Shown: positions 25,684-38,213 of the stretch, in pieces
Position numbering within the stretch: position 1 is the stretch's first letter
Layout: every line of letters starts with the position of its first letter
Assembly (NCBI GenBank): GCA_964016885.1
Contig: OZ024740.1
Coordinates: 109,554,001-109,618,000, forward strand
Direction of reading: 5' to 3'
Origin: Eledone cirrhosa
Taxonomy: Eukaryota
DNA length: 64,000 nucleotides
Position numbers and translations under genes: made by a program
The notes under the pieces: generated by a model
Databases searched by the model: none
Seen by the model: the letters and a program-made list of their open reading frames with translations, nothing else
What the model was told of the DNA's origin: nothing

Positions 25684-26943
25684 CAATAAACGAAGCTAAA
25701 TTTTAAACATTTGACTTTTTATTTAACTTTATTTTACATTACTCCGGAGTAACCAAACCAACCTGCGCACTTCGTCGAGTGCTCCAGCCTGCATACTGAG
25801 GTGTTGGTATACAACCAACATATACTCAAAATCTATATATATATATTGGAAAATGTGTGAATACACCTGTAGTTCTAAACAATTTAATTTGATTTTATAA
25901 TATTTTACAATTTGGTTTTGTAGATCTAGTAAGTTCTTTGCTGACTTCGGTGGGGAGATTTTTAAAGATTGCTGGTTAAATTTTGTTTAGAACTTTCTCG
26001 CATTATTTGGTGGCAATTGTCAAACTGATCTCGAGTTGCGTTGTGATGTGTGACTCTATATATGAGATTTGAGTGGATCGGGGGTTAATGAGTGTGAGAG
26101 TGATGGAGTCTTGATGAAGATTTAAGAAAATTAAAGCATATAAATATATATATATATATATATCTCGTATGGTTGCTAGGATGCGTCCATAGGTGGTATG
26201 CCGGTTGAGCACTCTATGCTCCTTTGGAACAGAGTGATCGATCGGAACACAATTTATTACCTATTACAATTGTTTCTCTGGCGAACAGCTCGAGGTGCGA
26301 TCTGTTTGTGGATCGAACCTGACTCTGCATTCGCAAGTTCCTCAGATACCCCTAGTGATTTCGAACCAAATTCTCTTTCTGCTGGACTCCGACCCTTTGA
26401 ATGTTTATCATCTGCCATCATCCTGTTTGTGTGGCACTTAGATTGGTTGATAGTGCGTGATGTCATCATAGTGCTTGACTATTGAAATCTGCCCACTGAC
26501 CATTTCCATTCAGGCGTGAGCTGTCACTCACCCCAATCCCGTCGCCAAAATTACTGCTGTGTGTAGTAGAGTTTTTATGAATTCCCATGCCAATCCCTTG
26601 CTTGCCTGCCTCCCCGCACATGTGCTCACACCTATATACAGGCACTCCAAGCCATTAATCATACACTTATCTGTGTGGACCTACACATACACATAGAGCT
26701 TGTGTGTGTGTGTTCACACATGTACATATATATATTCACCACTCATATATAGGTACATTCATATGCAGACACATGCCCACACGTACACATAGGGGACCCA
26801 TGTATATACAAATATCTATTCATACACAGTCACCACCCTCCACTCTGAAGCGTGAAACTAATACTAATATCATTTGTACTGCCTCTTCGTTTTTCTGTTT
26901 TTTGTTCTCTGTTTATTTATTAAACTATATATATATATATATA

Positions 26944-27149
26944 ACGACATCACAACTTTCTCCGCTTGGCCTGTTCCCCCCCTTTTGGAACTTTCCCCCG
27001 TTGATGGGCGTGAGCCCGAAATATTGGGATTAAATCTCCACTACGGTAACCCTTCTACCTTTGTTTTGTTTTCATCTTTGTCTCTCTCAATTTTCACTTT
27101 CACCTGTTTCTCCTATCTATCATTCACTTCCTACCTCGAGATTTCCCTC

Positions 27150-27154
<5 letters not shown>
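26944..27154 (+). mobile_element. Solo Penelope pseudo-LTR fragment with variant HHR (26995-27028)
   Basis: CCCCCG-TTGATG-GGC-GTGA-GCC-C-GAAA-TATT-GGG. Downstream TTAAATCTC..GGTAAC and GAGATTT.CC..TGCAT blocks resemble the 3' region of the 153-1292 element. (TA)n on both sides. Confidence 0.65.
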
Positions 27155-27199
<45 letters not shown>

Positions 27200-27387
27200 A
27201 ATGGAAGTACAGCATATTCAAAGCTCGAGCCGCAGCTAAGCCGACGAATGCAATCAGAAATGCAGCTAAGCACTCAATAAGGTATAAAAATTAACATACC
27301 GTTTAAAGGGCTTTGCAAATTGAAGTTAACGACTGGTAATTCAGCTGCGGGGACTGTAGCAACGAAAGAACTGACTCACGAGAAAAA

Positions 27388-27426
<39 letters not shown>

Positions 27427-27589
27427 GAGGTTATATTTAATTTGTTGGGATTCAACAAGCTTAAAAATTTATATATACACACACACACACACAATTTTCT
27501 TTTTTATACACATGTACATACACACACGTATATGCTCACCCATAGATACACACACGTGCTTACACATGCATTCATTTAAGCCTACTCTT

Positions 27590-27624
<35 letters not shown>

Positions 27625-27625
27625 G

Positions 27626-28888
27626 TTTAATAATTGAGCAAAGAACAAAAACAGAGGCAGTACAAATATGGTTTTTAGTTTCACGCTTGAAAGTCGGGGG
27701 GTGGGGGACGACGTTTCGGGCATAAGCCTTTCATCAGGAGAGCAGTGGGTAGGAAGAGAGTTCCGAGGGTGTGTGGGGGAGTGGTGGAAAGACATTTAAA
27801 AAGGGGGGGGGAGAAAAGGGAAGAAAAACAATTTTTTTAGAGAGTAAAGGAAATTTTTTAAAAGTGAAAATAAAAATAAACAAGGGGTGGAGGTGAAGTC
27901 GAGGTAGGAGTGGGAGTTGGTGGGTTTGAAGAAGGCGGAGGGGTCGATGGCGACGGAGATGTCCAAGAAGTGGACGTGGGTGGTGGAGACAGAGGTGGTG
28001 AAGTGGAAGGAGCAGAAGGAGAGAAAGGGGCCGAGCTGTTCTTGGGTGGCTCCGATACAGTCGTTATTGTAACGACCGTACAGTTCAGGCGTGCAGCCGG
28101 TGTACTGGGCAACGATTTGGGCCTCAACATAGCCAACGAAAAGGTTGGCATAGTTTGGACCCATTCTTGTGCCTATGGCTACCCCAGTGACCTGTTGGTA
28201 AAACTCACCCGAGAAGGAAAAGCAGTTGAGGGTGAGGACCAGGAGGGTGCGGCTGGAGGGGATAGAGGAGGAGCGAAGGTCGAGGTAGTACCGGAGGGCA
28301 CGTAGACCATCGGCATGAGGGATAACTGTGTAGAGGGACTTAATATCTAGGGTGAAGGGGGGGGCGCAGGTGGGAAAGTGAGGGAGTCGAACAGGCGAAG
28401 AGCGTGGTTGGTGCTGATGTGGGAGGGGAGGGTGGTGACAAGGGGGGGGCGAGGATGGAGTCGAGAAAGGCGGAGATGAGTTCTGTGGGGCAGTTGCAAG
28501 CGGAGACGATGGGGCGGCCTGGGTTGTCGGGTTTGGGGAGGGAGTAGAGGGGTTGCTGGGGGTGCAGACGAAGCGGTGGGAGGAGGAGATAAGGTGTTGG
28601 ATGGTGGAAGAAACTTGTTGGTAGTGGGGTGTGGGCTCAGACGGTAGAGGGCGGTAGAAGAGGGGGTTCGGAGCTGCCTGAGGGCTTCAGCAGAGTAGAG
28701 GTTAGCGCGCCATACGACCATGGTGCCTCCCTTGTCCGCCGGTTTGATGACAATGTCATCTCGGCTATGGAGGCAGCGGAGAGCGAGGAGTTCGCCCAGT
28801 GTGATGTTATGCCGTTTGGAACGGCGGCGGAATCGAAGCGATTTATTGCGCTACGGCAGGCGTCGACGAACGTGTCCAGGGTGCTAAA
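27626..28888 (-). mobile_element. Degraded, internally deleted Penelope-like element (RT remnants plus pLTR)
   Basis: DKGGTMVVW, PGRPIVSAC, GTRMGPNYANLFVGYVE, YGRYNND (YxDD position) and FLDISV. HHR core at 27707-27740. Confidence 0.85.
27707..27740 (-). ncRNA. Hammerhead core, stem I not evident
   Basis: Minus strand reads CTGATGA-AA-GGC-TTAT-GCC-C-GAAAC-GTC-GTC. Confidence 0.6.
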
Positions 28889-28934
28889 TTGCCCATGTGT
28901 GTGTATACATATATATATATATATGTGTGTATAC

Positions 28935-28974
<40 letters not shown>

Positions 28975-29499
28975 ATGCACAGGCACACATATACATGTGT
29001 GTATTTATACATACACACACACACATATACATATATACCCCCCCCCCCCACACACACACACGTACGCACATATATGAATATAAACTGCATAACAATATTT
29101 GGAAAGTGCATACAAGCATGCACATGATGCTGTACATCATTTAGTGCACAAAATATGTGGGGAAATACGTGAAAAGTAGAAAGTACATATGGGGGATACG
29201 TCAGTGAATGCATGCAGCATCTCACAATGGTATATACGTATATGCAGACACACTTTGATGCACATGTTGACTGAGTTAGCATTACGGTGTTAACGTGAAT
29301 TAATCCACATATAGAAACAAAATTACATATGGGAAACTCATAGGAATAATCTAAAGGGTATACCCAAAACATATATAAAAATATATAAGAAATACACATG
29401 GGGTTGTACATGAAAAAATACATAGTGTTACATAATGGAATACGTAGAGAAAGTACACACACTACTTAAAAAATACATTTGTAGGGAGTGCGGGAGAAC

Positions 29500-32240
29500 A
29501 GCTTATAATGGGGTATGTTACTGTGGCTGAAATAGAGTGCCTTAGTGATGTATGATATGGGATTGATTATACCCATGGAAACTGAGCCGCCGTGTCCTGG
29601 CTACTGCGACGGCGGTGTTTAAGATGAGGTGCAGAGTCAAATGGGCAGCATTGATTGTGTTGACTTACCCCACAGGGCATACATAGTAATCAAGGTATGG
29701 TGTTGGTTCCCATGTACCCGCGCTGCCACCCCAACTGACGACCGCTTCCCCGTATGGCTTTAGTTGGGGCCATCCTGGAGTATCCATGCGGAGAGTGTGC
29801 ACCTTCTCTGGTGTCTGCATGTCATGATAATCTCCGATTTCAGGTGGACTGCGTCATCCTTTAATCTCACTATCTCCATGGTCTCGGACAGGCATAGCCT
29901 ACACTTCCTCTCGCCGGCCAAATATGCACTGGCACGTTGAATGATACTCCAGTTGAGATCATACGATCTGCCGGTGTCCTTCAAGTCCAATATTAGGTCC
30001 GCCAGCCTAGTGGAGTGTCTCTTGCTCCGGTCCTTGAAAGAGTTTGTGTGATTGTACATCCTTGATTTAAAGGTTGTGGATGCTGCGTTGATGTAGGTGC
30101 GCTTGGTGTTGTGCATGCTAACCCCACATTTATAGACAACGCCCTTCATTAGGCATCTTCCCTGCAGAGGGTATTGTGTGCCTACTCAGTAGTTGCAGGC
30201 TCGGTCGGTATGTTGCTCAATCCTTGCACTGGGTCCAGGCCTTATTACGGCATTCCCTCGATTCTCTGGGTTTTGTTCTGTTGGTGCGGTGGGCTCCTTT
30301 CCATCTTTCAGTGCCACCTGGTAGTCGAGTACCTCGTCTTCCGTGGGTGTGTCAGCTACTGTGGGGACTGGGCCATAGTTGGTAACCCTGCCTCCATGTG
30401 GTCCTTCAGGTGCCCCAGGATCGTGGGCCGCCTGCCATAGTTGGCGGTCGAGTTTCCCCAACTTCACCGCATTGGTTTTGGCCATATAGTCTGCCATGTT
30501 AGGTGTAGTGAAGAAGGAGAACTTCACTGTGTGGCAGTTGAATATCCTGTAGTACCTGTTCGATGCCGGGAAGCACTCGTCCAACGCCGGGAAGCACTCG
30601 TCCAACGCTCTGAAGAAGAGGCCTGGTACATTGTTGCATACATGCTTCGAATCTTGGTTGTCCATCATAAACAATGATGAAATCTTCTTCATTGTTGTTC
30701 CCGTCTGCTGTGGGCGCAAAGGTGACTGTGGAGGCTGATCCTTGACTTGCAGGTCAGGGTCAGGAAGAATGACTTGTGCATCTAGGTCGCCCACGTGTGG
30801 GTTTGAGACTGGCAACTCCCAGAGGTTACCTCCGCCTGTTACCTCCACCTCTCGCCCATCGCCGCAGGGCTTTGGGAGTGCACGCTAAAGAAGAAATCTG
30901 TGCGGGAAAGGTTTATAGTGGGAGGGCCAGTGCACAGTGACGGTCCCATTCACTCGGCTGCAGAAGCCAGAATCCGGGGGTACGGAGGACCGTCACGACC
31001 AGGGACTTCCTTGGCTGCAGTGGATGGCCACGACGTCTGTAGTGCCTTGCCGTGCCCTAGCGCTCCACACCGCTTGTTGTCGCCGCCTTTGTGACCGTTG
31101 GGACGATGTTCTCCTCCACTCACTCCGCCAAGTCCAGTCTTCGCATGCAGGGGCAGGCATCCCCTACCTAACTCACCGGGGGGTTTCAGACCTGTTCGGC
31201 CCGCAACCAAGGCGGTTTACCGGGGTGTGGCCGCGTTAAACCACGTAATAGTCTTAGACCTTGTCCTATTCCGTCGTCTGTGTGTAGTAGTAGTAGTAAT
31301 GTGTGGTGGGTCAGGTGTCCCTCCCGGGTTGTGTCTACCCATTAGTTCATCCCCTATGTTACCGCTATCTATATATCCACCATGTGCGTCCAGATTACAC
31401 TATTCGCTTACTAAAATATTCTGTTCTATATTGTCGGCTGTACTGGTAGTCCCATTATTGCTATCTGGTGCTACTGTCGGGGTTATGTCTATGCTGTTGA
31501 TCCGGGTATTCCCTCTATCTGGTTCCACGTCCAGAGTTGCCTTTACTCTGTCACTAGTTCTAGTTTCCCCGTTGTGTATTGTGTTTGTGTTGAGATTCTG
31601 TCAGCGTGTACTGTCTACCTATGGAAGTACTATTGCTATCCTCATATGCGTGTTTCTCACAGCTGGGCCCTTCCCTGTCTGGGGTGTACACTATGGCTTC
31701 TGTGTAACCGGCCCTGCGCAGTGCCTCATTATAATAATCGACGTGCTGGTTAAACACGTCTGCGTTAGCCGACAGGGTGGATACATGGTTGAATACCCCT
31801 TTTACTATGGCGTCTATTATAGACTTGGGGTGGTTTGAGTGCCTGTTTACATATTGCAGGTTCTCGTTGGGCTTGTGGTAAGGCAGGTGTATGTCCGTAT
31901 TCAGTTCTAGAGTTACATGAAGGAAATTCACCATCTTCGTGCTAGGATCTATCAGCACGGATAAGCCGTGCTGTTTAAAAAAATGCGCTTTCTCATATGC
32001 GCTTCCTCATATGCTCCAGCTGGCTGGGGTTTAGGGAGCGGATGGTAAATAGTGTGTTGGCTCTATATATTCCTCCGCTGATGCCTGGGATCTCCTCCGC
32101 TAGCCTTTGGAGATATATTCCTACCAGGTCCTTCACCTGCGCAGAGTCACTCAACCCCATCATAATATCGAAACTATTGGGTCTGTCCCTCCTTTCCCAT
32201 ATGCTTATCCTAATTGATACAGAGCGCAAAGTAAACAACC
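29500..32240 (-). mobile_element. Degraded Penelope-like element (RT, thumb, GIY-YIG), same lineage as 23701-24447
   Basis: FDIMMGLSDSAQV, VNFLHVTLEL..PYHKPNENLQYVNRHSNHP, ITWFN, FRALDECFP..RIFNCHTVK, VVY..YIN, CRLCLSE and CRH. Contains a 21-bp in-frame duplication at ~30566-30607. Confidence 0.88.
30660..31234 (-). mobile_element. GC-rich insertion splitting the Penelope WFN...SKHV motif, resembling an RTE 5' UTR
   Basis: It separates ITWFN from SKHVCNNV, which are normally adjacent. GCGGCCACACCCCGG..CCGGTGAGTTAGG..GCATGCGAAGACT resembles RTE-clade 5' UTRs as I recall them; no search was run. Confidence 0.55.
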
Positions 32241-33599
32241 GTCTGAAGGCTTGTAGCGATGTATCAACAAGTGGGTGTGACTGGGTCCGTGGAAGTGAGG
32301 GAGAGAGGGTGTGTTAGTATATATACTGCGATGTATGTATGTGGGGGTGTGTGTGTCTGCGCATGTAGGCGTACGAGTGTGAATGCATAGATAGGTACGT
32401 GTCTGAATGTGTGTGTGTTTTTATGTGTGTATTCTAGTATGTGTAGGTGCTTACTCTGAAGTGTGAGCAGACGTGTGAAGTACTAAACCCAGCATGACTC
32501 CATTGAAATGTGTCGGACGGAAAATGGTTGATGAACCGTGTGGCAGCAGATACTGACCAGAACTTGTGATGACGTGGAGTAAAAACAGCCAATGGCCTGA
32601 CAAGAGTGGATAGAGGATTTTTTGAGGGTGTTGTTTTGATGGTAACACCCCAGTGATAAAATTTGCTCCGGACATAACACCCATGTCTGAAAGAACCCGC
32701 AGAAGTAGAATCAGCCAGATCCATACAAGGACCATGACTCGAGCTAGATGCCGGCGAAACATTTGTAACACGAAATAAACTAAGTCCAGATGCAGCACTG
32801 ACTTTTCGTTTTCTTTATAATATCTACACTCTACTCTGATGCATACCGCCTATGGAAGCACCATCGCTACCACTATACACAACTATATATATATACACAC
32901 ACACATATAGAAAATAGTGAATGGTAACAGCAAGATAATTGATTGGGAAGTGTTGGGGTGTTTGAGGAGTGTTTTAGAAAGGGGTTGTAAAAGTGCCCAC
33001 CTGCTGGTTCCATTTCAATAAATGACCTTTGATGAATATAATGGCAGGATGTTTTTCAAATAGCTGAATCAACTATCTTAAATTTATGAACAATTTTGTA
33101 CATTAAGGATGAATTTGGGGTTTAAGGTCTTTTGATAAAAATGGGATGACAGTAAAGAGAAAAATAAGGATATGTTGATAGAAATGTATGTTGTTGATAT
33201 TAGTTTGGTGGTGGTGATGGGGATCATACTAGCTCACATATTTACTTCCCTACATGTAAACATACATACAGCCCCCCCCCCCCATATTTATATATACATA
33301 TATATACACATACACATATCCACACATATGTGTATATAAATATATGTATACACATATACATGCATACATACATACACACATGCATACACATACCTGTACT
33401 CCTACAGACATAATGCATATACATACATACACATATATGTACACATCTTCTCAAGTATTTAAGTTCACATATACATTGGGGGTGATGGTGGGAGGGGTAT
33501 TAGTGAAATGGTAGTGTACCTCCGAGGGTTGTTCTCTTCAATGATTGAATGTTTGAAAGTGTGAGTATCATCCACTTCTATTTGGATATTTTCCTTTTT

Positions 33600-34985
33600 G
33601 CAATATGCGATTTTTTTTTTTTTTTTTTTTTTTGTAAAGGAGAGAATTCTGTTATTTGAAGATGGAATATCGTTTTTTTGTGTTCAGTAGCGGTTTGTAC
33701 TTTTTAATGAAGAATCCTTTATATTTCCGGAAATGTTCATTGTCCGACCATATCTTAAAGAAGGCGAAGATTGTGAATTTTCCCTTTCCGCATATTGCAA
33801 AGTGTTCACTGCATGTGGTGTTTCTGACAGAGGGGGTCTCTAATTTGTTGTTTATGTACATGAACTCTGTCATGTAGACCTGTTCCGGTTTCACCAATGT
33901 TTCTTTACATTGTGGGCAGGTTGCACAGTAAATTAAGTTTTTTGTTTTGAAATTCATGTTTGCATTAACTTTGAAAGTCTGATTGTATTTAAAGGAAATT
34001 TGACCACCCTCTTCAATGTATTCGTAAGTTCCATATCGAGGGTCGCTGCATTTCTTAACTTGCATTGTTGCATTATCAGATGTAAATTTCGCCTTGGTAA
34101 GTAGTTTTTTTAAGGCTGGGTGCTTGGCATCTACTATATATTATTTGTGCATCTTTTATGAGTGCATTCATTTTGGGGGACTACTGGAGAATCGGGAGAT
34201 ATTGTTTAGCGGCTTTCACAATGTTGAAGTTCCTTGGATTGTGAGTGATGACAAAAAGATAACTGTTTTTTCCTTTATATTTTGTTGGTTTGTTTTTCTG
34301 TGTTGTCACTGGGATGTTCTGGGCCTTGGAGATGGCCGTATTTATGAGGTTCACCGGATATTCTTGTCTTTTAAGGAACTCTTTTAGTTCATATAATCTT
34401 TTTTCCTGTAGTGTGGTGTGTTACTATGGTGCAAATGCATCTTGCAATGTAAAGGGAATGTTCCTTTTGGTATATGAAGGGGTGCTGATCAGAAATTTAA
34501 GAATTGGTGTGTGTCTGTTGGTTTGTAAAATAGGTCTGTTTTGATATTTTCCCCTTCTTTAATGATAAGGATATCCAGTAGTTCCTTTTTATTACATTCC
34601 ATGGTAAATTTTATTGCTCCGTGAAGACTGTTTATGGTGGAATGGAATCTTTGCAGGTCTTCTTGGCTTCTATTCCAGAAGATGAAGCAGTCATCTAGGT
34701 AATGTTTTCAGTTGTGGTTCAACTCGGTTGGCTGAATACAGTTTTTCATAGAACTTGCATGTCCTTTTGATGATTCGATCCACTGTTAGGGAACTGTCAT
34801 CTTCCTGTGAATTGCAGTTTTCTTTTGCATAATTTCTTCTTTGCTATTTTGAAAATTGTTTGGATGGCTGTTGTTCTGAGGTTGCGAAGGTCTTCTTGTT
34901 TCTTTTGGTTGGGTTTGTTAAGTTCTGCTGCTTCAATCTTTTCCTTGAGATTCTTTGTTTCCTCTGAGAACTTATGTTTTTTTTT
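33600..34985 (-). mobile_element. Degraded Penelope-like element (Neptune-like RT and GIY-YIG)
   Basis: HYLDDCFIFW..IKFTME at 34590-34710; NLIYCATCPQCKE..IGET, EHFAIC and FIKKYKPLLN. Confidence 0.82.
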
Positions 34986-34994
34986 TGTTTTTGG

Positions 34995-35680
34995 TCTACC
35001 GCTTTTAGCTAGGTACTTCTGTAGTTGTCGTACAAGGAAAAGAGTGTCTGTGGTACTTTTATCAGACACAAACCCAAACTGCATTTCCTCTAGATCAATT
35101 CGCTCTCTGATTAGTTTCTGTTGTATTCCTCTCAGTACTCGCAGAGAAAACACGAGTTATATCAAATAATTTGTGTATTGTACGAAACAACCAAAACGCC
35201 CCTCCTCACAGTAGCAGAATAACATAAAGTAAGTGACAGCAGCAGTCTGTGACCGAGTTTTTAATACCAACGCTGACTGACTGCCCAGGTCACGTGATTC
35301 ATATGCAAATGTGTGAGCATGTATAAATTGAATAAAACGAATTTAACAGTCCATACAACAATGAGGTTGTGAGTTCGATTCCCAGTCCATACAACAGTTT
35401 CGCTATAACTCTTTCTGTGACCTTCATGACCTGGTCAACTAACTTAATGCCTCTATAGTTTCCCCTATCTAGAGCATCCCCTTTACCCTTGTAGCAGTTA
35501 ATGATGATGCTGTTACGCCAGTCTTTTGGTATGACCCCATTCTGTATTACTTGGTTTACTATACGAGTGACCATAGTATGTCCCACCATTCCAGATGCCT
35601 TCAACATCTCAGCAACTATCTCCGAAGGCCCAGCTGCCTTGCCTGTCTTCATATCTTTGATTGCCTTACTTATTATACTA
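34995..35680 (-). mobile_element. RTE (PHD family) internal RT fragment interrupted by a ~280-bp insertion
   Basis: MKTGKAAGPSEIVAEMLK...TERVIAKL continues as LIRERIDLEEMQFGFV after an insertion at ~35117-35395. Confidence 0.85.
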
Positions 35681-35699
35681 CCTTTACAACCCAAACCCT

Positions 35700-37010
35700 T
35701 TATTTAAACCACAGCAGTAGATTGCTCCTAAAACTGATTTACTTCAGACCAGTGTCCACATCTGTGTTATTATAATCACATTTTCGCTATTGCTGCACTA
35801 TATGGCCTTCTTCAGTTGCTAGTCTTTGGAGTCCTGTTGGAAATGTATCTGACCTTATATTGGAAAAAAAAATGATGTACTTGGAGTTCAATTGTTAGTC
35901 CCTTTTGAAGTAGATTCCTTGTGCCTCCACTTAGATAAACTATGAGCATTTAAGGACAATAATTTGTATCTGGATTTCAGATATAAAGGGATGGCAGTTT
36001 GTTCTTAAGTTTCCCACAGTTTTTTCATTGTGGGTACAATGTGCTCAGACCAGCTAGTAAAATTTTCCATGTCTCACCAGACTTAACAAATTTCCATATC
36101 TGCCCATCCTCGTGTAGGCTAAAACTTTCATGTGGTGCTGAGTTGCAATTTAAGGAAGCTACAACACGTAGCTTTAGGCATGTATCAGGTGGTAAGCCAG
36201 GTAGAGTTCAAAAGATAATTCGATTTTAATGCCTAGCCTTATCAGAGGTTAAATCCTCACCAGAGTTTAAATGGTATGCATGTGCTTCAGTAGAGCTTGC
36301 GAATGACAGCCTAATTAGTCTGGGTTTGGGACCTGGTCGACCAAGGTGGAGAGCACTTTTTGGAGGAACAGTCTAGGTCTTTGGATGAATTGCCAGCAAA
36401 TGCCTGAAGGACAGTTATGTCACCAATGGCAATTACTTCATGGGTGGCAGATTCAGTGGCTTTCTCGATGTCTAGATTCAGCAAGAGCTACAGGCAAGTT
36501 CCTAAACAAGTCATTGTGATATTCTTCACGAATGCTTGTTTTAATTCCTGCTATTTCTAGGCTTAGATCAGAAATCAGTTGTCGAATTTCCGCAACTTCC
36601 GTATTGATGGTCAGGTTGTTGTTGTTGTGAAGACACAGTTGGATTTTGTTGTTGTTGATGTTCTTCAACAGGAATAGTAGGGGAAGACATGGGCATCGAT
36701 TTTTGTTGTTGTTCAACAGCAATGGTAGAGGAAGACACACAGGCCAGGCACTGAAAGGACCAATTTGGTAGCTGGACCATTTCCTAGAGTCCATCCATCA
36801 TAGAAATATGGGGTCCCTTTTTTTTATCTAGGATCTTTGGAAATTTTGTGGCACATTGAAGGCAGACAGAAACACGGCATTTATCACATTCAACCTATCG
36901 ATTTCGAAAAGAGTTCTCAGGTTCTGTGCATAGATGACAGACATGAAATTCTATTTTGGAACTGCAACCAGTTTTGTTGCATACTTCATCCACGGATGTC
37001 ACTGTAGCAA
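35700..37010 (-). pseudogene. CR1/L2-like LINE 5' part: ORF1 remnant and start of the endonuclease
   Basis: Coiled-coil AEIRQLISDLSLEIAGIKTSI, then RLGRPGPKPRLIRLSF (ORF1 RRM-like), then KLLSLNAHSL (APE motif I-like). Confidence 0.5.
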
Positions 37011-37451
37011 TTTTGTTCTGTCTGTCCATCCATACAATAAAACAAAAGGTAAACAAATAAATATGAGTATAGCATTCTTGTTAATTTTAAAGAAATAAAC
37101 AAAATGTTTTTATTTCCGTTTTCCTAAGTATTTAAAATGATATGCATACATATATATAATTAAGAGATATATATAGGCTAGAAATGAAGTCTATATCCAG
37201 AGTGTATGCAGTGTAAAGTTTTTATAATGCATGTACAATTGTCACTATAGTGTCTCACACATGAAATAGCAGGATTTCCTTTTGCTTTATGTGTACATAT
37301 ATATATTCATATATATGCATGTGTGGTGTGTATCTACATATAAATCAGTGTGTATGTTGTTGTTGTTTTGAAGAATTGGGATGTACTAACAGTGATCCCT
37401 ATAGTCTCTCACATGTGACATAGGGACTTATTTTCGTTCATTATGTCTACA

Positions 37452-37980
37452 TGTGGTTTGTTGTAAATGGGTTACATATGAATAAATTTAGTCGCAACCA
37501 CGCAGCACGCCATGTTTTCATATTTTTCAGATATTTATATATTTCCTCCGCTGTGACCCGTCTGTTTCTTTCTTAGTGCTTCCCCTTTCTCTGTATCTCT
37601 CACTCTCTGCTACTCCCTCTCCTACTTCCTCCCGTTTGACCTGGGCAAAATTCTTTCCTTACTCACATTTCGACCAGGTTTGATGGTCTTTATTCTCTCT
37701 CGTCTACGATTTCACAGAACTTATGTTCATCAATTTCAGGGACTTGACTCCTTCTTCCTCACTTTTCGTTGCATTACCATCTTTGTTTGTTTACTGTCTC
37801 GCACGTTCCCCCTATTTACGTGGCCCAACGACTTTCTTTAGCCGTTGCTCGCACCAACCAGAGGTATATGGTCTTTAAAGCGATGAAATACAAGTGAAGG
37901 CTGGAAGATCACTGATGAAGGACTAAATTTATTCATATGTAACCCATTTGCAACCACGCAGCACGCCATGTTTTCATATA
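37452..37980 (+). mobile_element. Non-coding element with terminal inverted and direct repeats and a CTGATGA half-core
   Basis: 37460-37493 is inverted at 37921-37954. GCAACCACGCAGCACGCCATGTTTTCATAT is directly repeated at 37494 and 37950. Followed by (TA)n. Confidence 0.55.
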
Positions 37981-37995
37981 TATATATATATATAT

Positions 37996-38065
37996 AGCTG
38001 ATGGATCATCAGCATGTGTTAAGCTGATATGTCCCAGCTTGACACATACTGATGATCCATAAGCT
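37996..38065. repeat. Palindrome with degenerate hammerhead core
   Basis: Arms 37996-38026 and 38035-38065. CTGATGA-T-CC-ATAA-GC-T-GAAT starts at 38049. Confidence 0.75.
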
Positions 38066-38158
38066 GAATTGATTCCTTCACTAATTTATTTATATATCCA
38101 CACACAATCACCTGAAATTATGAAATCATAACAATCTTACACTTCATTTCAATAATTA

Positions 38159-38210
<52 letters not shown>

Positions 38211-38213
<3 letters not shown>

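Larger units (their letters stand above)
22684..25833 (+). mobile_element. Penelope-like element with inverted pseudo-LTR arms
   Basis: Arms 22684-23700 and 24720-25736 are near-perfect reverse complements and enclose a GIY-YIG ORF. An unpaired tail runs to ~25833. (TA)n flanks both ends. Confidence 0.92.

Noticed and set aside
31170-31234. Complete HDV-like ribozyme
   Set aside because: P1 and P4-like pairings are present, but L3 lacks the CC for P1.1 and P2/P3 are not convincing.
31098-31838. 246-aa hydrophobic plus-strand ORF
   Set aside because: Antisense shadow of the Penelope ORF. Many other listed ORFs are antisense shadows or (TA)/(CA) microsatellite translations.
32741-32770. GA-GCT..GGC-GAAAC-ATTT-GTA half hammerhead
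   Set aside because: No CUGANGA strand or stem I. A similarly weak half-motif lies at 39920-39945.
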